The translations under genes were made by a program, and so were the position numbers. Below are positions 12,756 through 23,800 of a stretch of DNA of 64,000 nt, piece by piece (positions within the stretch are counted from its first letter, which is position 1; each line of letters opens with the position of its first letter). This stretch comes from Pelomyxa schiedti (Eukaryota > Protista > Evosea). The notes under the pieces were generated by a model. The model was not told the origin of the DNA. It made no database searches and worked only from the letters and a program-made list of their open reading frames with translations. The DNA is taken from assembly GCA_020536535.1 (NCBI GenBank), contig JAHLWZ010000799.1, positions 80,868 to 144,867 of the forward strand. The letters are read 5' to 3'.

Positions 12756-13081
12756 AAGCATGTTCCTTACAAAAGGGAAAAATCCCAAAATACATGCAGA
12801 AGTTGAAGCACACAGAAACAATTTCACCATAAGAGACTGAACCCAGTGCCTCCTTCCCAACTCATTCGTGACGCAGAAGCCGAGGCTTGAAAGAAACAAA
12901 ACCAACAACTAGCTCCCCAATGCGGTTGTCGTGAACTGGCCTCCAATAAGGCACCATGCCCCAACCCAAACATCAAGTACCACGATACAGGGTAACTCCT
13001 ACAAAAACGAAGAACATCAGAGAAAAGTGTTGCTTTGATTAGGGAATCGGCACGCTTGTCGTTGGCAAAATGACTGATTGT

Positions 13082-14518
13082 TCAATACCTTCTGTGAGCC
13101 ACACCATCATCAATCATCATTGGTAGAACGAAGGGAAACTGCGCGACAGAGTCAGGAAATACTACAAGGTTTGGGTGTGCCATGTGGAACAACGTGGCTC
13201 CGGATACGGCATCTACGAAGCTGTGTGTTGATGTTGTACAAGTGGTTCCACTTCTGAAGGGCTTCATTGCAGTTTGCGTTCCATAGAAGTGATGCTGAAA
13301 AGAAATGGCGATCAATAAGCCACAGCCAGCAACAACTGACGCAGTGTCACTGGAGTGTTGGATGGTCATCACAGGAACCACAAGTGGTCGTTGCCGTTGC
13401 CGTTGCCGATTAGGCTCGTGGTATGGCTGTGTTCGGCGCCGCTTTGGTTCTGGGGCCCCTCGTTGTTGCCTTTCTGTTGTGGTTGGATGAATGAGTGATT
13501 GCAGGGAAAACACCGAAGTTGAGCTGGGCTTGTGGTTGATTGCTGCTGATGTTGCGCTTATATGTGACTCGTCAACGGCTTGCACCCTGAGTCCTGTAAT
13601 GTTCTGAAGCCATGTGATCGTACTCCCTGTGGCCATGTCCAACAAGTTACAGCTTTTCCGAACAGTAAAGAATGGAAAGTGATAGTTCGCTTCTGCTCGG
13701 TCAAAGAGAGGGGCACATAGTGCATGTCTTGTCAAATTTAATTTGGCCAAATTGCAGCTTGAAATAGAGGAGGGTCTGAGAGGGCTAGAATTCCACACTG
13801 TGTTGAGGTCCAATTGACATCCACAAAAAAGGAGCTGTTTAGTGAAGAACACTTGAAGAGTGTCAGATCTCTCGTTGTATACTCCGCTTGGAGAGATCAA
13901 TTTCAGTGAAAAGACATCAACTTTGCTTTCTGTAGACAAGGGAAGAAGATGATGGAGAGACGAGGGCACACCACACTCGACCTTCCACACCACAAGGTTG
14001 CTTTGATCGCGTTGTGCCATTACAATCCAGTTTCTGTTGCACGCCACCATAGGGTATTGCTCGTAGGAAGGCAGTGCTATTCGCTTGATCAGGACCGAAT
14101 GCGGTACAATCACGCACACTTCATTGCCCAGTCGGCAGTTCATTCTGAGAACCCTGTCAGGCCCAATGAACCCCAGCACACGCAAACTCCAGCCAATGCT
14201 TCCCGGCATCCTCACCAGACCCACCGTGAATGACAAAGAAAATAGCACCGGCGGGGTTCTCAAGTCGCAGCCTGGGTCCGCACCTCCCTCCACGTCAGGA
14301 TTACGGGTTGTCCCCGCAATCGAGAACTTGGCGATCACGACCCTCTCAACGGCCATCACCCACCTCTTTCCAATGCATTCCGTCACGACAGTCTGTGGCA
14401 GCATCGCAGCAAAACAGCCCCCGACCCCAAGGCGTGGCAGTGAGGCGGCGGCAAAGGCTGTGAATTGCTTGTCTGCACACAATGGTTCTTGCACATCGAT
14501 ATAACGGCACCACCACAT
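13082..14518 (-). CDS. Intronless orphan family protein (copy B)
   Basis: Starts MWWCRY at 14518, the same start motif as copies C and D. Colinear paralog of 14653-16065. Confidence 0.8.
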   Translation of the reverse strand: MWWCRYIDVQEPLCADKQFTAFAAASLPRLGVGGCFAAMLPQTVVTECIGKRWVMAVERVVIAKFSIAGTTRNPDVEGGADPGCDLRTPPVLFSLSFTVGLVRMPGSIGWSLRVLGFIGPDRVLRMNCRLGNEVCVIVPHSVLIKRIALPSYEQYPMVACNRNWIVMAQRDQSNLVVWKVECGVPSSLHHLLPLSTESKVDVFSLKLISPSGVYNERSDTLQVFFTKQLLFCGCQLDLNTVWNSSPLRPSSISSCNLAKLNLTRHALCAPLFDRAEANYHFPFFTVRKSCNLLDMATGSTITWLQNITGLRVQAVDESHISATSAAINHKPSSTSVFSLQSLIHPTTTERQQRGAPEPKRRRTQPYHEPNRQRQRQRPLVVPVMTIQHSSDTASVVAGCGLLIAISFQHHFYGTQTAMKPFRSGTTCTTSTHSFVDAVSGATLFHMAHPNLVVFPDSVAQFPFVLPMMIDDGVAHRRY

Positions 14519-14652
14519 GTCGATTATGAAACGGGTTTGATTGTAAGATCTGGAAAAAAAAAAAAATGGGCAAAGCCGGGGATTGGTGTCGGATGACATC
14601 ATATCATCATTCAGTGACAGCATCATTTTTTGTTCCAAGGCCAATCATCATT

Positions 14653-16065
14653 TCAAATAACCAGCAACAACAACAAAGAAAACAAGCATTTGTTAGGATT
14701 TTTTGAGTCACTCACATCACTGCGTAGGATCCTTTCTGGTTGAATGAAGGGAAATGGTGTAATTGATGCAGGAAAAACGGGTTTGGGGTAGAGCATAGTA
14801 AACAGTGTGGCTCCACAAACATCTGTGAATGCTAGTGCAATGGTTCCTACAGTAATCTGGCTGTTGAAACCCATGTACAGCTCTTGGTGCAACATCTGCA
14901 TTTTGCAAGCCACCAAAAAGCCACACCCCCCAATGACTGAGGAAGTTTCAGAAGTGTGCAGGAGGGTTATCACAGGATTGGGTGCTGCCTGATCACAATT
15001 TTTCGGTTCTGGGGCCCCTCCTTGTTGTTGCCTTTTGGTTGTGGATGGGTGAATGAGTGATTGCAGGGAAAAAACGGAAGTAGATTGAGGCCTGGCATTG
15101 GTTGTTGTGCTGAGATGAGACTCGTCAATGGCTTGCACCCTGAGTTCTGTGGTGTCTTCCAACCACGTGATACTGCAACCAGTGCTTAAGTTCAACAACT
15201 TGGCCTGTATCTGTGTACCATGGAAAGCATTCAAGTATGGAAGGTGATAAGTGCTTTCAGCCCTGTCAAAAAGGGGGATGACCACGTCTGCTGTCAAACC
15301 AGAAATTTGGCAGTCAAAGCAACATTTCATGCAAGCTCGTGAACCGTGAGTTTTCCATGCAGTGTCAAGTTGGACATGATACCCACACAGAGCAAGGCCA
15401 TTGTCATGCACAGTTAAGATCACCTCAAGAGTATCAGAGTTCTCATCGTAGACATCACTAGACAGCATTCTCAGGGAGATGACTGTGATTGGGCCGGAAT
15501 CGCTTAAGTCCAGCACGACACCTTCAGCTTCCGGAAGAGAGTCCACAACTGCCCAGACTGAAAGATAGCCCTGACCGTGCGGCGCCATCACAACCCACTT
15601 CCTGTTGCACACCACCAGAGGCTCTTCATCCGCGAAGGGGAGAGGGATCGGCCCCGCGACTTCTCTCCCCTTCGCGTTAACCACACGCATCGAAGCGTCC
15701 CGAGCACGGCCCCTGACCACGGCCCTGCCGGGCGCGGTCCACCCCAGCACGCGCGCGTCCCACCAGATCACGCACGGCCTTGTCAGCAGCCCAACGGTGA
15801 ACGACACCCTGAACATAATGGGCGGCGCGTAGTCGCGGCCCCACAGAGGCGACGCGAACTCGACCAGCACGACCCGCTCCGTGGCCATCACCCACATCTT
15901 GCCGATGCACTCGGCGACGATCCACAGGGGCAGCTTCGCGGCGTAGCAGGAGGCATCGGCAACAACACCGGGACGGCGAGACGAGTAATGCGCGGAGGCG
16001 AAGGAGGAGAACTGGTGCTGCGCCACTAGCGGGTTGTAATACTCTGGGTATTCACACCACCACAT
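14653..16065 (-). CDS. Intronless orphan family protein (copy C)
   Basis: Starts MWWCEY at 16065. Shares ECIGK.WVMA.ERVV, CNR.W.VMA, PLFDRAE..YH.P and TSVFSLQSLIHP with copy B. Confidence 0.8.
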   Translation of the reverse strand: MWWCEYPEYYNPLVAQHQFSSFASAHYSSRRPGVVADASCYAAKLPLWIVAECIGKMWVMATERVVLVEFASPLWGRDYAPPIMFRVSFTVGLLTRPCVIWWDARVLGWTAPGRAVVRGRARDASMRVVNAKGREVAGPIPLPFADEEPLVVCNRKWVVMAPHGQGYLSVWAVVDSLPEAEGVVLDLSDSGPITVISLRMLSSDVYDENSDTLEVILTVHDNGLALCGYHVQLDTAWKTHGSRACMKCCFDCQISGLTADVVIPLFDRAESTYHLPYLNAFHGTQIQAKLLNLSTGCSITWLEDTTELRVQAIDESHLSTTTNARPQSTSVFSLQSLIHPSTTKRQQQGGAPEPKNCDQAAPNPVITLLHTSETSSVIGGCGFLVACKMQMLHQELYMGFNSQITVGTIALAFTDVCGATLFTMLYPKPVFPASITPFPFIQPERILRSDVSDSKNPNKCLFSLLLLLVI

Positions 16066-16220
16066 GATGATTGTTTCGAAAACTGCCACAGCACTGACGC
16101 ACCATAGATCTGGGTGACAAGGCAGCGGAGTAGTGCCAAAAATTTTGTGCCCTCTGTAGATCCAATAGAACAAAATTTTTACAGACACAAGTGCGAAAAT
16201 TTCAACTCAATGTCTTGTTT

Positions 16221-17485
16221 TCATCCATGCGTGAACAACGTTGCACCACACACGTCAGTGAAAACCATTGACATTACTCCATAGACCATGACACTACTAG
16301 CCAATAAGCCACACCCTGCCACCACTGAGACAGTTCCCGGGGTGTGCCAAAGAGAAATCGCAGGTTGCAGTTGTAGCTGTTGTTGAGTTCGCCGTCGCTT
16401 TGATTCTGGAGGACCTTCTTGTTGTATTGCTGTAGTCGTGGGTGTGGTAAAGCTTGTTGCCGTTGTTGGGTGTGTCAGGGATCTAAGGGAAAAGACCGAA
16501 GTCGATTGGAACCTGTAGTTGGTTTCTGTAGTTACGCCGAGATTAGACTCGTCCACACGCTGAACCCTAAGTCCTCTGATATCTCCCAGCAAAGTGAAAT
16601 CCTTCTGCGTGCTTAAGTTCAACAAATTACAGCTTTCGCTTCTGGTCAAGAATGGCAGGTGATACTCTCTTGTGACCCTCTCATAGAGTGGAGCACACAA
16701 TAGATTTTCGGTGAGTATTGACAAATTGCATTTCACGGTGTATTCCACGCGCGTATACAGGTTGATCTGAGTAGTCCACGCCGTTTGGAGGTTAATCTGA
16801 TGCCCAAGCAAATCAAGGCCATTCCCATGTACAGTGAAGAACACCTCAATAATGTCGGAAGTCTCATTGTACACCCCGCTGGGAGACATTATTCTCAGGG
16901 ATATAATGTCGATCGGGTTGGCGTCAGGCGAAATTGGCAGCACAACATATCTCAGTGATGGTACAGAATCCACAATTGCCCAAACCACAAGGTCGCCACA
17001 AAAGTCGCCCTGCTTTGGTGCCATTACCATCCACTTTCTATTGCATGCAACCAGTGGCACTCCATCTCTGAAAGGTAGAGGCATAGGCGCCCCTATTTCT
17101 CTTGCTTCCTCGTCGACCACCCTCATAGTAGGGGGCGCATCATCATGACCAGCTCTCCTTATCACCGCCCTGTCCGGCCCAATCCATCCCAGCAAACGGG
17201 TGTCCCACAAATCATGCATGGCCACGTCAGCAAACCCACTGTGTACGACACTCTGAACATCACAGAGAGCGCCCCGCGCTCCGCGAACTCGACGAGCACG
17301 ACCCTCTCCGTCTCCATCACCCACCTCTTTCCAATGCACTCATAAACTATCTACTCGGGAAGCATGTCAACACTCCTAGCACGACCATTACGGCGGGGCC
17401 ACGAGTACAGCGCCGAGGCGAGGGCACAGAGTTGCTGTGACGCACGCAGCGTGTTGTGGCACTCGCAGTATTGACACCACCACAT
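16221..17485 (-). pseudogene. Disrupted orphan family copy D
   Basis: Starts MWWCQY at 17485. In-frame TAG at 17351-17353 where copy C has Trp, a frameshift near 17210, and a truncated C-terminus. Confidence 0.8.
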
Positions 17486-17631
17486 AAGGACAAAATATGC
17501 ATGGATCTCTTGTTTTTTGATGGTTTTTTTGGTGGTGCTTGCACCTGTGTTGGAGTCCGCAGAGTTGGCTTCTGTGTGTAACGGTATTTTTCTAGTATCT
17601 CTTTATTTGTTGACAATCAATAAGCTGATAG

Positions 17632-17764
17632 GCTCCAACGTGCTATAGACGAAGAAAAAAACAAGCGTATTGCTGCTGAATTCGAACTTCAAGTGACAAA
17701 TTACGAGCTCGCTCAACTTACAAGTAGGGCCACCAACGAGAAAATTTCCGCTGAAATAGCAGAA
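17632..17764 (+). pseudogene. Orphan exon paralogous to exon ~11584-11698 of the coiled-coil gene
   Basis: IDEEKNKRIAAEFELQVTNYELAQLTSRATNEKISAEIAE aligns with IDEERDKRLASELERLVTEYQLGQIQAANEKLSADIAQ. Bounded by AG and GTAAGT. Confidence 0.6.
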
Positions 17765-17819
17765 GTAAGTTCACTTACTTTTTCAGGCACATTAAAATCT
17801 CACTGGAAACCCACAAACC

Positions 17820-19997
17820 TCAACCAAAAAGACGAAGGAGGTGTGGTATCACAAAGCACTGGAGTGGCTCAACTGGTATCCGCTCACCATCAATCCCCAT
17901 GGCGTGATTGGACAGCGGCTCCAACGTGAATGCTCGCACCTGCGTCATTCGTTGGTTATATGTGCAAGGGTGAAGGGGATCACCTTGTGATATGAAACGC
18001 CAGGCCGGCTGGAAAATGTGCCTCGAGACGCGCTCAACAGGGCAGATAAGCAACCAAGTCTGGTTGCAGAGTCATACCGCTGGAACACCATGTCCACGCA
18101 CCCGTCTCCAAAGTGAGCATGTGGTGCTGCCTGTTTCGTTTGAAGGAAGATGGAGGGAAAGAATGTCAAGGATCATACATAAAGATCAGGCGACAAGTGT
18201 GATGTATTCATAACAGTGAAAACAAAGAAATTGTCTTCGATTGTGACCCAACTGGGCGGCGTGGATGAACTTCCAATGATGTACCGTTCCTGGGGGATGA
18301 AGCTGCATTTCATTAACTCGTTAGAACTTGCCAAAGTACACAAATGGCTCCAGTACATACGAAGAAAACCCTTCAGGTACCCATTGAGGGTCCCACCCAA
18401 GCTGTGTAGAAGAATGTAACGGCGGAGTTTCTTGCGCTCGTTGGTGTTGAATGCGTGGGCAAGTTCCCTTCTCATCATCATAGTGGATGGGTGTAACTTG
18501 TTTGCAGACAGAGCAGCAGGGTGGACAAGAAGTATGTTGTGTTTCCCATGAATCAGACTCAACTGGGAGAAATGAAAGCCTGGATAATTCTATTGGTTGA
18601 ACGAATGACGGTATTAGGGTTGAACTTCATTGGAAAAGAAGGCATGTCGATGAGCTTGAACAGACCACAGAAGTACTCCCGCAGTGGTCCCATGCACCGG
18701 AACTGGGTAGGAGCGAATTAATAGGAAGGAACTGTCTTATTGAAAGTTTTTTACCTTCTCTGAATTGAAATCAATTTCAGCAAAGAGTCCCCACAATAGA
18801 TTCACAATACCCCAGTGAACTCGCTTGGACTTTGGTTGCACAAATAACATGGCATCAAAAGGCCGGATAACTCCTATTTACAGTGTGTAAGAGTGCAGTT
18901 TCACCACATCATAGTACCACATAAACACAAACCTCTCAAAATGTTGAACATGGAGACAGTGGGCGATGTCACCAGCAATGAGGAGGACAGTCCGTTCATG
19001 GTGCCTTCAAAGGGTATTTATAGGTTAATCTCCAACTAAGGTCCTAAAAGAGAAAACCTGCTGGAATGACACCGATTGGTGTTTGTATTGCTTCATGCCA
19101 GTCCTGTCTTCCAAGCATCCCGTTCACGAGTTGTCCAAGTAACCCTGAGTGCTTCTTAATTTGTTTACAAAAGTATCGGGTTCTAACCGTCGCCACTGAC
19201 TGTGATTATGCCACTGTAAGCGCCAGTTTGGAAGGATTTCCCAATTTCCGTAGCGTGAGACTCGTATCTGGTCTCTTTGTCGTCTTTATTAGTGGGTTCA
19301 AGATGTGTTGGTTCAAAACCCATGAGTTGATGAGAAACCCCCCAGAAGTGAAGAAGAGGAGCACACTGAGTGTGAAACACATGGGAGGCATATCCCTTGC
19401 CGGAAATGGGGTTGAGGATGAACAGAAGTGACTGCTTGTGGCTGTAATGACCTTTCCACAATGTTAGCACATACAAGAGGCACAAAAAATACCTGAACAA
19501 AGGTCTTGCAATGATTTCACCCACTTTGACAAAGTCAATGAGGCTTCGTAAATATAAGGTGGTGTGAACAGGCACCGTGTAAATATCTCTCCAAGTGAGT
19601 TGTGATGAGCAGAAATCCTACATAGACTGTCAAAGTATTTTAGTCTGTCTCTGTTCAAACCAGTCGAAAGTGTGCACCACGTGAGTTCTCCCTTGAGAGA
19701 TACTGCAAAGAGGACACGAGTGCACATTTAGAACGCCATTTCCCTCCACCGCGTAGACAACGTCACAGACGCGCACAGTATGTAGAGTCTCGGCATGTGC
19801 TGGATATTGTTAAATCCACAATTCCAATGTAAAATATCAACATACTCCAAGTCAGTTGCTCCTCAGTAAGGGTGACCTTATGAAGAGGAAAAAAAGTGTG
19901 AGGTGCCTTGTAAAAAAAAACGAATGGGACGTGCACAACGCAATACCAGCGTCAGATCTCCACCAACACGAAAGCGATCTCGCAGTATTACAACCAT
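17820..19997 (-). CDS. Sphingosine/ceramide kinase-like protein (DAGK catalytic domain)
   Basis: ILNPISGKG, ETRYESHA, IITVSGDG..LVNGM, PIGVIPAG/TMNGL, WGLFAEIDFNSEK and MGIDGERIP motifs across multiple exons. Start codon approximate. Confidence 0.85.
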
Positions 19998-20105
19998 GTC
20001 CACGTCACCTCAGCAAATAGACTACAGGTCTCACGCCAAAAAAAAAAGGCATACCTGCCTTCCCACCACATCATCCCTCTCGTTTAATTTTCCAGCTATT
20101 TGTGG

Positions 20106-20232
20106 GATCGCTCAACTTCGTGAATTCCTGTGTGTCCTGTGACACTACTCCCCTGCGCAACAGTCGTCCTCCACAGTGAAATTGTCTTGCGCAGTTTCCT
20201 CGGAATTGAGATTTCGCCCAATCTCTGCGATC
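20106..20232. promoter_or_regulatory. Nested inverted-repeat element in a divergent promoter
   Basis: Stems GATCGC/GCGATC, AATTCC/GGAATT, GTGTC/GACAC, CTGCGCAA/TTGCGCAG and GAGATT/AATCTC, all mutually compatible. Confidence 0.4.
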
Positions 20233-20285
20233 AGCAAAAAACAAAAAAAAAAGAGGGGACGTTGAGGTGGGTGCGCAGTACGACG

Positions 20286-23200
20286 ATGACAGCAACGAAC
20301 CAGCAACAAGGGAGTAGGGGGAGATCTGGGGTGATGTCTGGCGGTTGTATGCGTATTGGTGTGTCGTCATCGCCATCGCGCGGTGTTCCCGGTTCGGCCG
20401 TATCCGCTTTGTTCGATAACATCATGTCTCAGTTGAACACGGACCTGGCTTACTTCAAAACTGGTTTGTATTTGCACTCCGTGATTATAGGCTTTTTTTA
20501 CCCCCACTAACGGTTGTCACAGACAAGAAAGGAGAAGGATCTCAAGAAAAAGGTGCTAAAGCCGTGCCCAAGTCTTCACATGATCACAAATCTGTCTCTC
20601 GTCCAAAACCCGTTGATGAACTTCAGGGGTTGTACAATAAAGGGGTGCAACAGCCCCTGCCGAACCAAGTTGTATGGGTTTTTTTCTTTTTGTTCTTGTT
20701 GTTTTTCCCCTTTTCCTTATTACTTCTAGAAAAAGACACCACCTTTGATACATCACTTCAACTACAAGAAAAAGCAAGGTTTTTTCGACATGAACTATGT
20801 CTGAACTTATAACAATTAGGAAGGAAAAAAGTAAAGGATATGGTTTACAATCCCGATAATTACACGTGGTCTGGTTTAAATACTACAGAGGCACAAACCT
20901 TCCCACAATACCCGGGTCTAATTTATCACAAGAAGGACCTATCTGCTCCTGAAGGTAGTAGGGTCTACTTCCCTTTTTAATTTAAAAGGCTCCCTAGTTC
21001 CCGCAATAAGTGGCTCTATGCGCTACGATCCCAAACAAAAAACTTGGGATGGGAATGAGGAATCCTTGGATATGTTCAACACAACCAAAGTTGGGCTCAT
21101 TGCCCCTCTTGTTAACTCTCCAACATCGGGGGTTAAGATTGTTTCTGGAATGAGATTTGATCCAGAAAAATTCCTGTGGGTTGGAAATGTGGACGGTTGT
21201 TTCTTGAATTGCACCACTCTTTTGTGACTTTGTTTCTATAGATACAACTTTATTCCCAAACGACGAGCCCCCAGATCCCCGTGTGATTGGCTCCCACCAT
21301 AGTGACTTTTGTCTATCCCAAGAGCAGATTTCCACCTTTCGTAATTGTGGTGTGACCCTACATTAAATCAGAAGTTCTACTCTAAAACTCACGAATTAGA
21401 GTTACAACATGTAAAACAAATGAGAGGGTGGACCAAATTAGATCGAGAAGCGAACAGGGACACCAACTTTTTGCGGTCGGTATGTTATCGTTGTTTCTTG
21501 GGACTATCTTACGAGCAAAATATTAATAGGATAACGTAATGTTGCAACTACTTGTGCGCAGTATCAAATTACAGCAACCGCAAGACAATGCAGACATGTC
21601 ACTTTTATCTGACAGTGAGATGGCCCCTCCTCCAAAAGAAGTTAGCAACCTCCCTCCTTTGTTCCGTTCACAACACAAGAGAAGCAAAAAGATGACCTAG
21701 AAGATTACACAAATGAATTCACCTTTCCATCTGAAGCAGAGAAACTCAATATCAATCCCAAGTAAGAACTGATTTGATGCACACCTATCTAATTAATGAA
21801 TGCAGCCCAACAGATGATGTCCAAGCAGTACTGTCCGAATTACCTAACCCAACACAACCACCAACACCTTCGCGACAAGTGCCTCAATTGATCACCAAAC
21901 CTATCACTCTACTAACACCATCCCATTTTCAAAGTTCCACTGTTCCGCCTGCCATGTCAAATCTCCCTCAAAGAATCACACAATTACCCACATCTGATCC
22001 CGCTAAATTCCCTGGAACCTTTAGCAACAGTAGCGCAAACTTTGGTGTTGGAATTGCTGTGTCACAGGTCGATTTAAAAAAGGCTTTGGAAGAGTGCGTA
22101 CCTTTAACCCCAATATACAAGCTCTGTGGTGAGCATACTTACAATGACAAAAAAATCAGAAGAAATAAAATGGTACTTGGAGAGCCTGAGGAGGTAGATT
22201 TTGGAGATGAAGAAGGTTGGGTTACTGGACTCCTTTCTTCATTCTAACTTTTTTTAGTCACCATACAACCAAGTCAGCAGCCAATTCTCCCTTCCAGTGT
22301 GCCTTGTACTTACCCCCAGAGCACAAATCCCACATCAACAAATCCTGCATCTTCCATCCCGACTTCCACAGCCCCCATTCTCAACCGCATTCCCACACTC
22401 TTCACAAGAGGTACAAAGAGCAATGACTCTGCTAACGTGGATCCTGCGAAATTTCCTGGTGTGCTAACACGAAGTAGTGCCAACTTTGGAGAAGGCTTGG
22501 CACTGTCTAATGTTAACTTGGCATCTCTGTTCGCAAAGTATGATATTAACTGATTTGTAGTTATTTCTTACTGTTTAAAGGGGTCAAATTAATACTGCCG
22601 CCGAGTATGGGCCTGTTGTTTTTGGAGACGAGGACCGCTATGATGGTATGAAGTCTAAAATCGTCCTAACAGCAACCTTGCATTTTAGACCTTGTGGAGC
22701 GACCACAGATCAAGGCCCAAATCCATGACTTAGGTATCCCTGTTACTGGACAACAGTCCAACGAGCAGCCTCAATTTCCGCCACTGGCATTTAATCCTGG
22801 GCAACAAACACTCACCCCAATACCACCAGAAGGGTTACCAGAAAGTAACGATCTATCCAAAATTGAGGTAGCCAGCAGTGACAACGATAGTGATATTGTT
22901 CGTGACTCGGAAAGTGGAACAGAATATGAAACAGAAGACTGGAAGGATATTGAAATTCCTGGTGTGTTTCTACACAAAAAAACAGAAAGAAATAAAAGCA
23001 CTCAAATAACTTTCACCTTAGAAGGTACATTGTCAATGCAAATGAAAGGCAATCAATCTGTTAGCTCGTCGATGGACAAAAGAGGCTACTCTTCCCGCAA
23101 TGATGACGAATTTGAGGGACTACAACTTCCCACCGGGGACAAGCCACTCATCCCGGTTCAGCCAATACCGGCGGATGTTCTTGAGGTAGAAGGAGATGTT

Positions 23201-23569
23201 TCCGGCGTAGGAGATGGAGGAGACAGCAGCCTTAACCTCAGCCTTGTCAAGAATCCAAGCCCAGCCCCAAATCGCTTTGTCAGCCTTCCTCCTGCTTCCC
23301 TTACAGCCGGAGTAAGCGGCCTTCCACCAAGCAAGTCTACACCATCCAAACCCGGCAATACTGTGGCAGTAAAGCTAGCCTCGGAGGAGGTATGGGACCG
23401 AGAATTTGAAGGACTCGAAATACCCAGCACCCCAATCAAACTCCAAATTCCAAAATCATGCAACAACACACCAACATTCACAACCACCCCAACAAACAAA
23501 ACACCTTGTGAAATAGCCAACACCAGACAACCACCCCTCCCATCCCCCAGCTTCCGAACTAAAACATAG
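20286..23569 (+). CDS. byr4: Byr4/Bfa1-like SIN/MEN GAP scaffold subunit
   Basis: Repeats MVYNPDNYTWSG, MRYDPKQKTWDGNEESLDMF and GMRFDPEKFLWVGN with GLI linkers, then F.LS.E..F...E..H....GW. Acidic W/F-EGL.IP motifs lie downstream. Continuity as a single gene is inferred from splice sites. Confidence 0.7.
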
Positions 23570-23800
23570 AAGCTAGCAAGTCCATACCATAACCCAGCTC
23601 TCCAGGAATTATTTAAAAATAATGAACGAACCTTTTTTCATGTGAAATTTTGTCACGAAAAGGGAAAATGAAATTTTTAGTACTGTTGTGGGTGCTGAGC
23701 CAAAAAGAAAATTGAAGAGCCCTCCCAAAAACTGAACAAGAATAGGCCAACTGTTGGCCTTTTTTTTATTCCCTGTGGTTATGTAGTGCGGGTATTTGTC

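Noticed and set aside
17351-17353. TAG at a Trp position suggesting stop-codon reassignment or readthrough
   Set aside because: The same copy also has a frameshift and truncation, and TAG ends normal genes here (for example GBE1).
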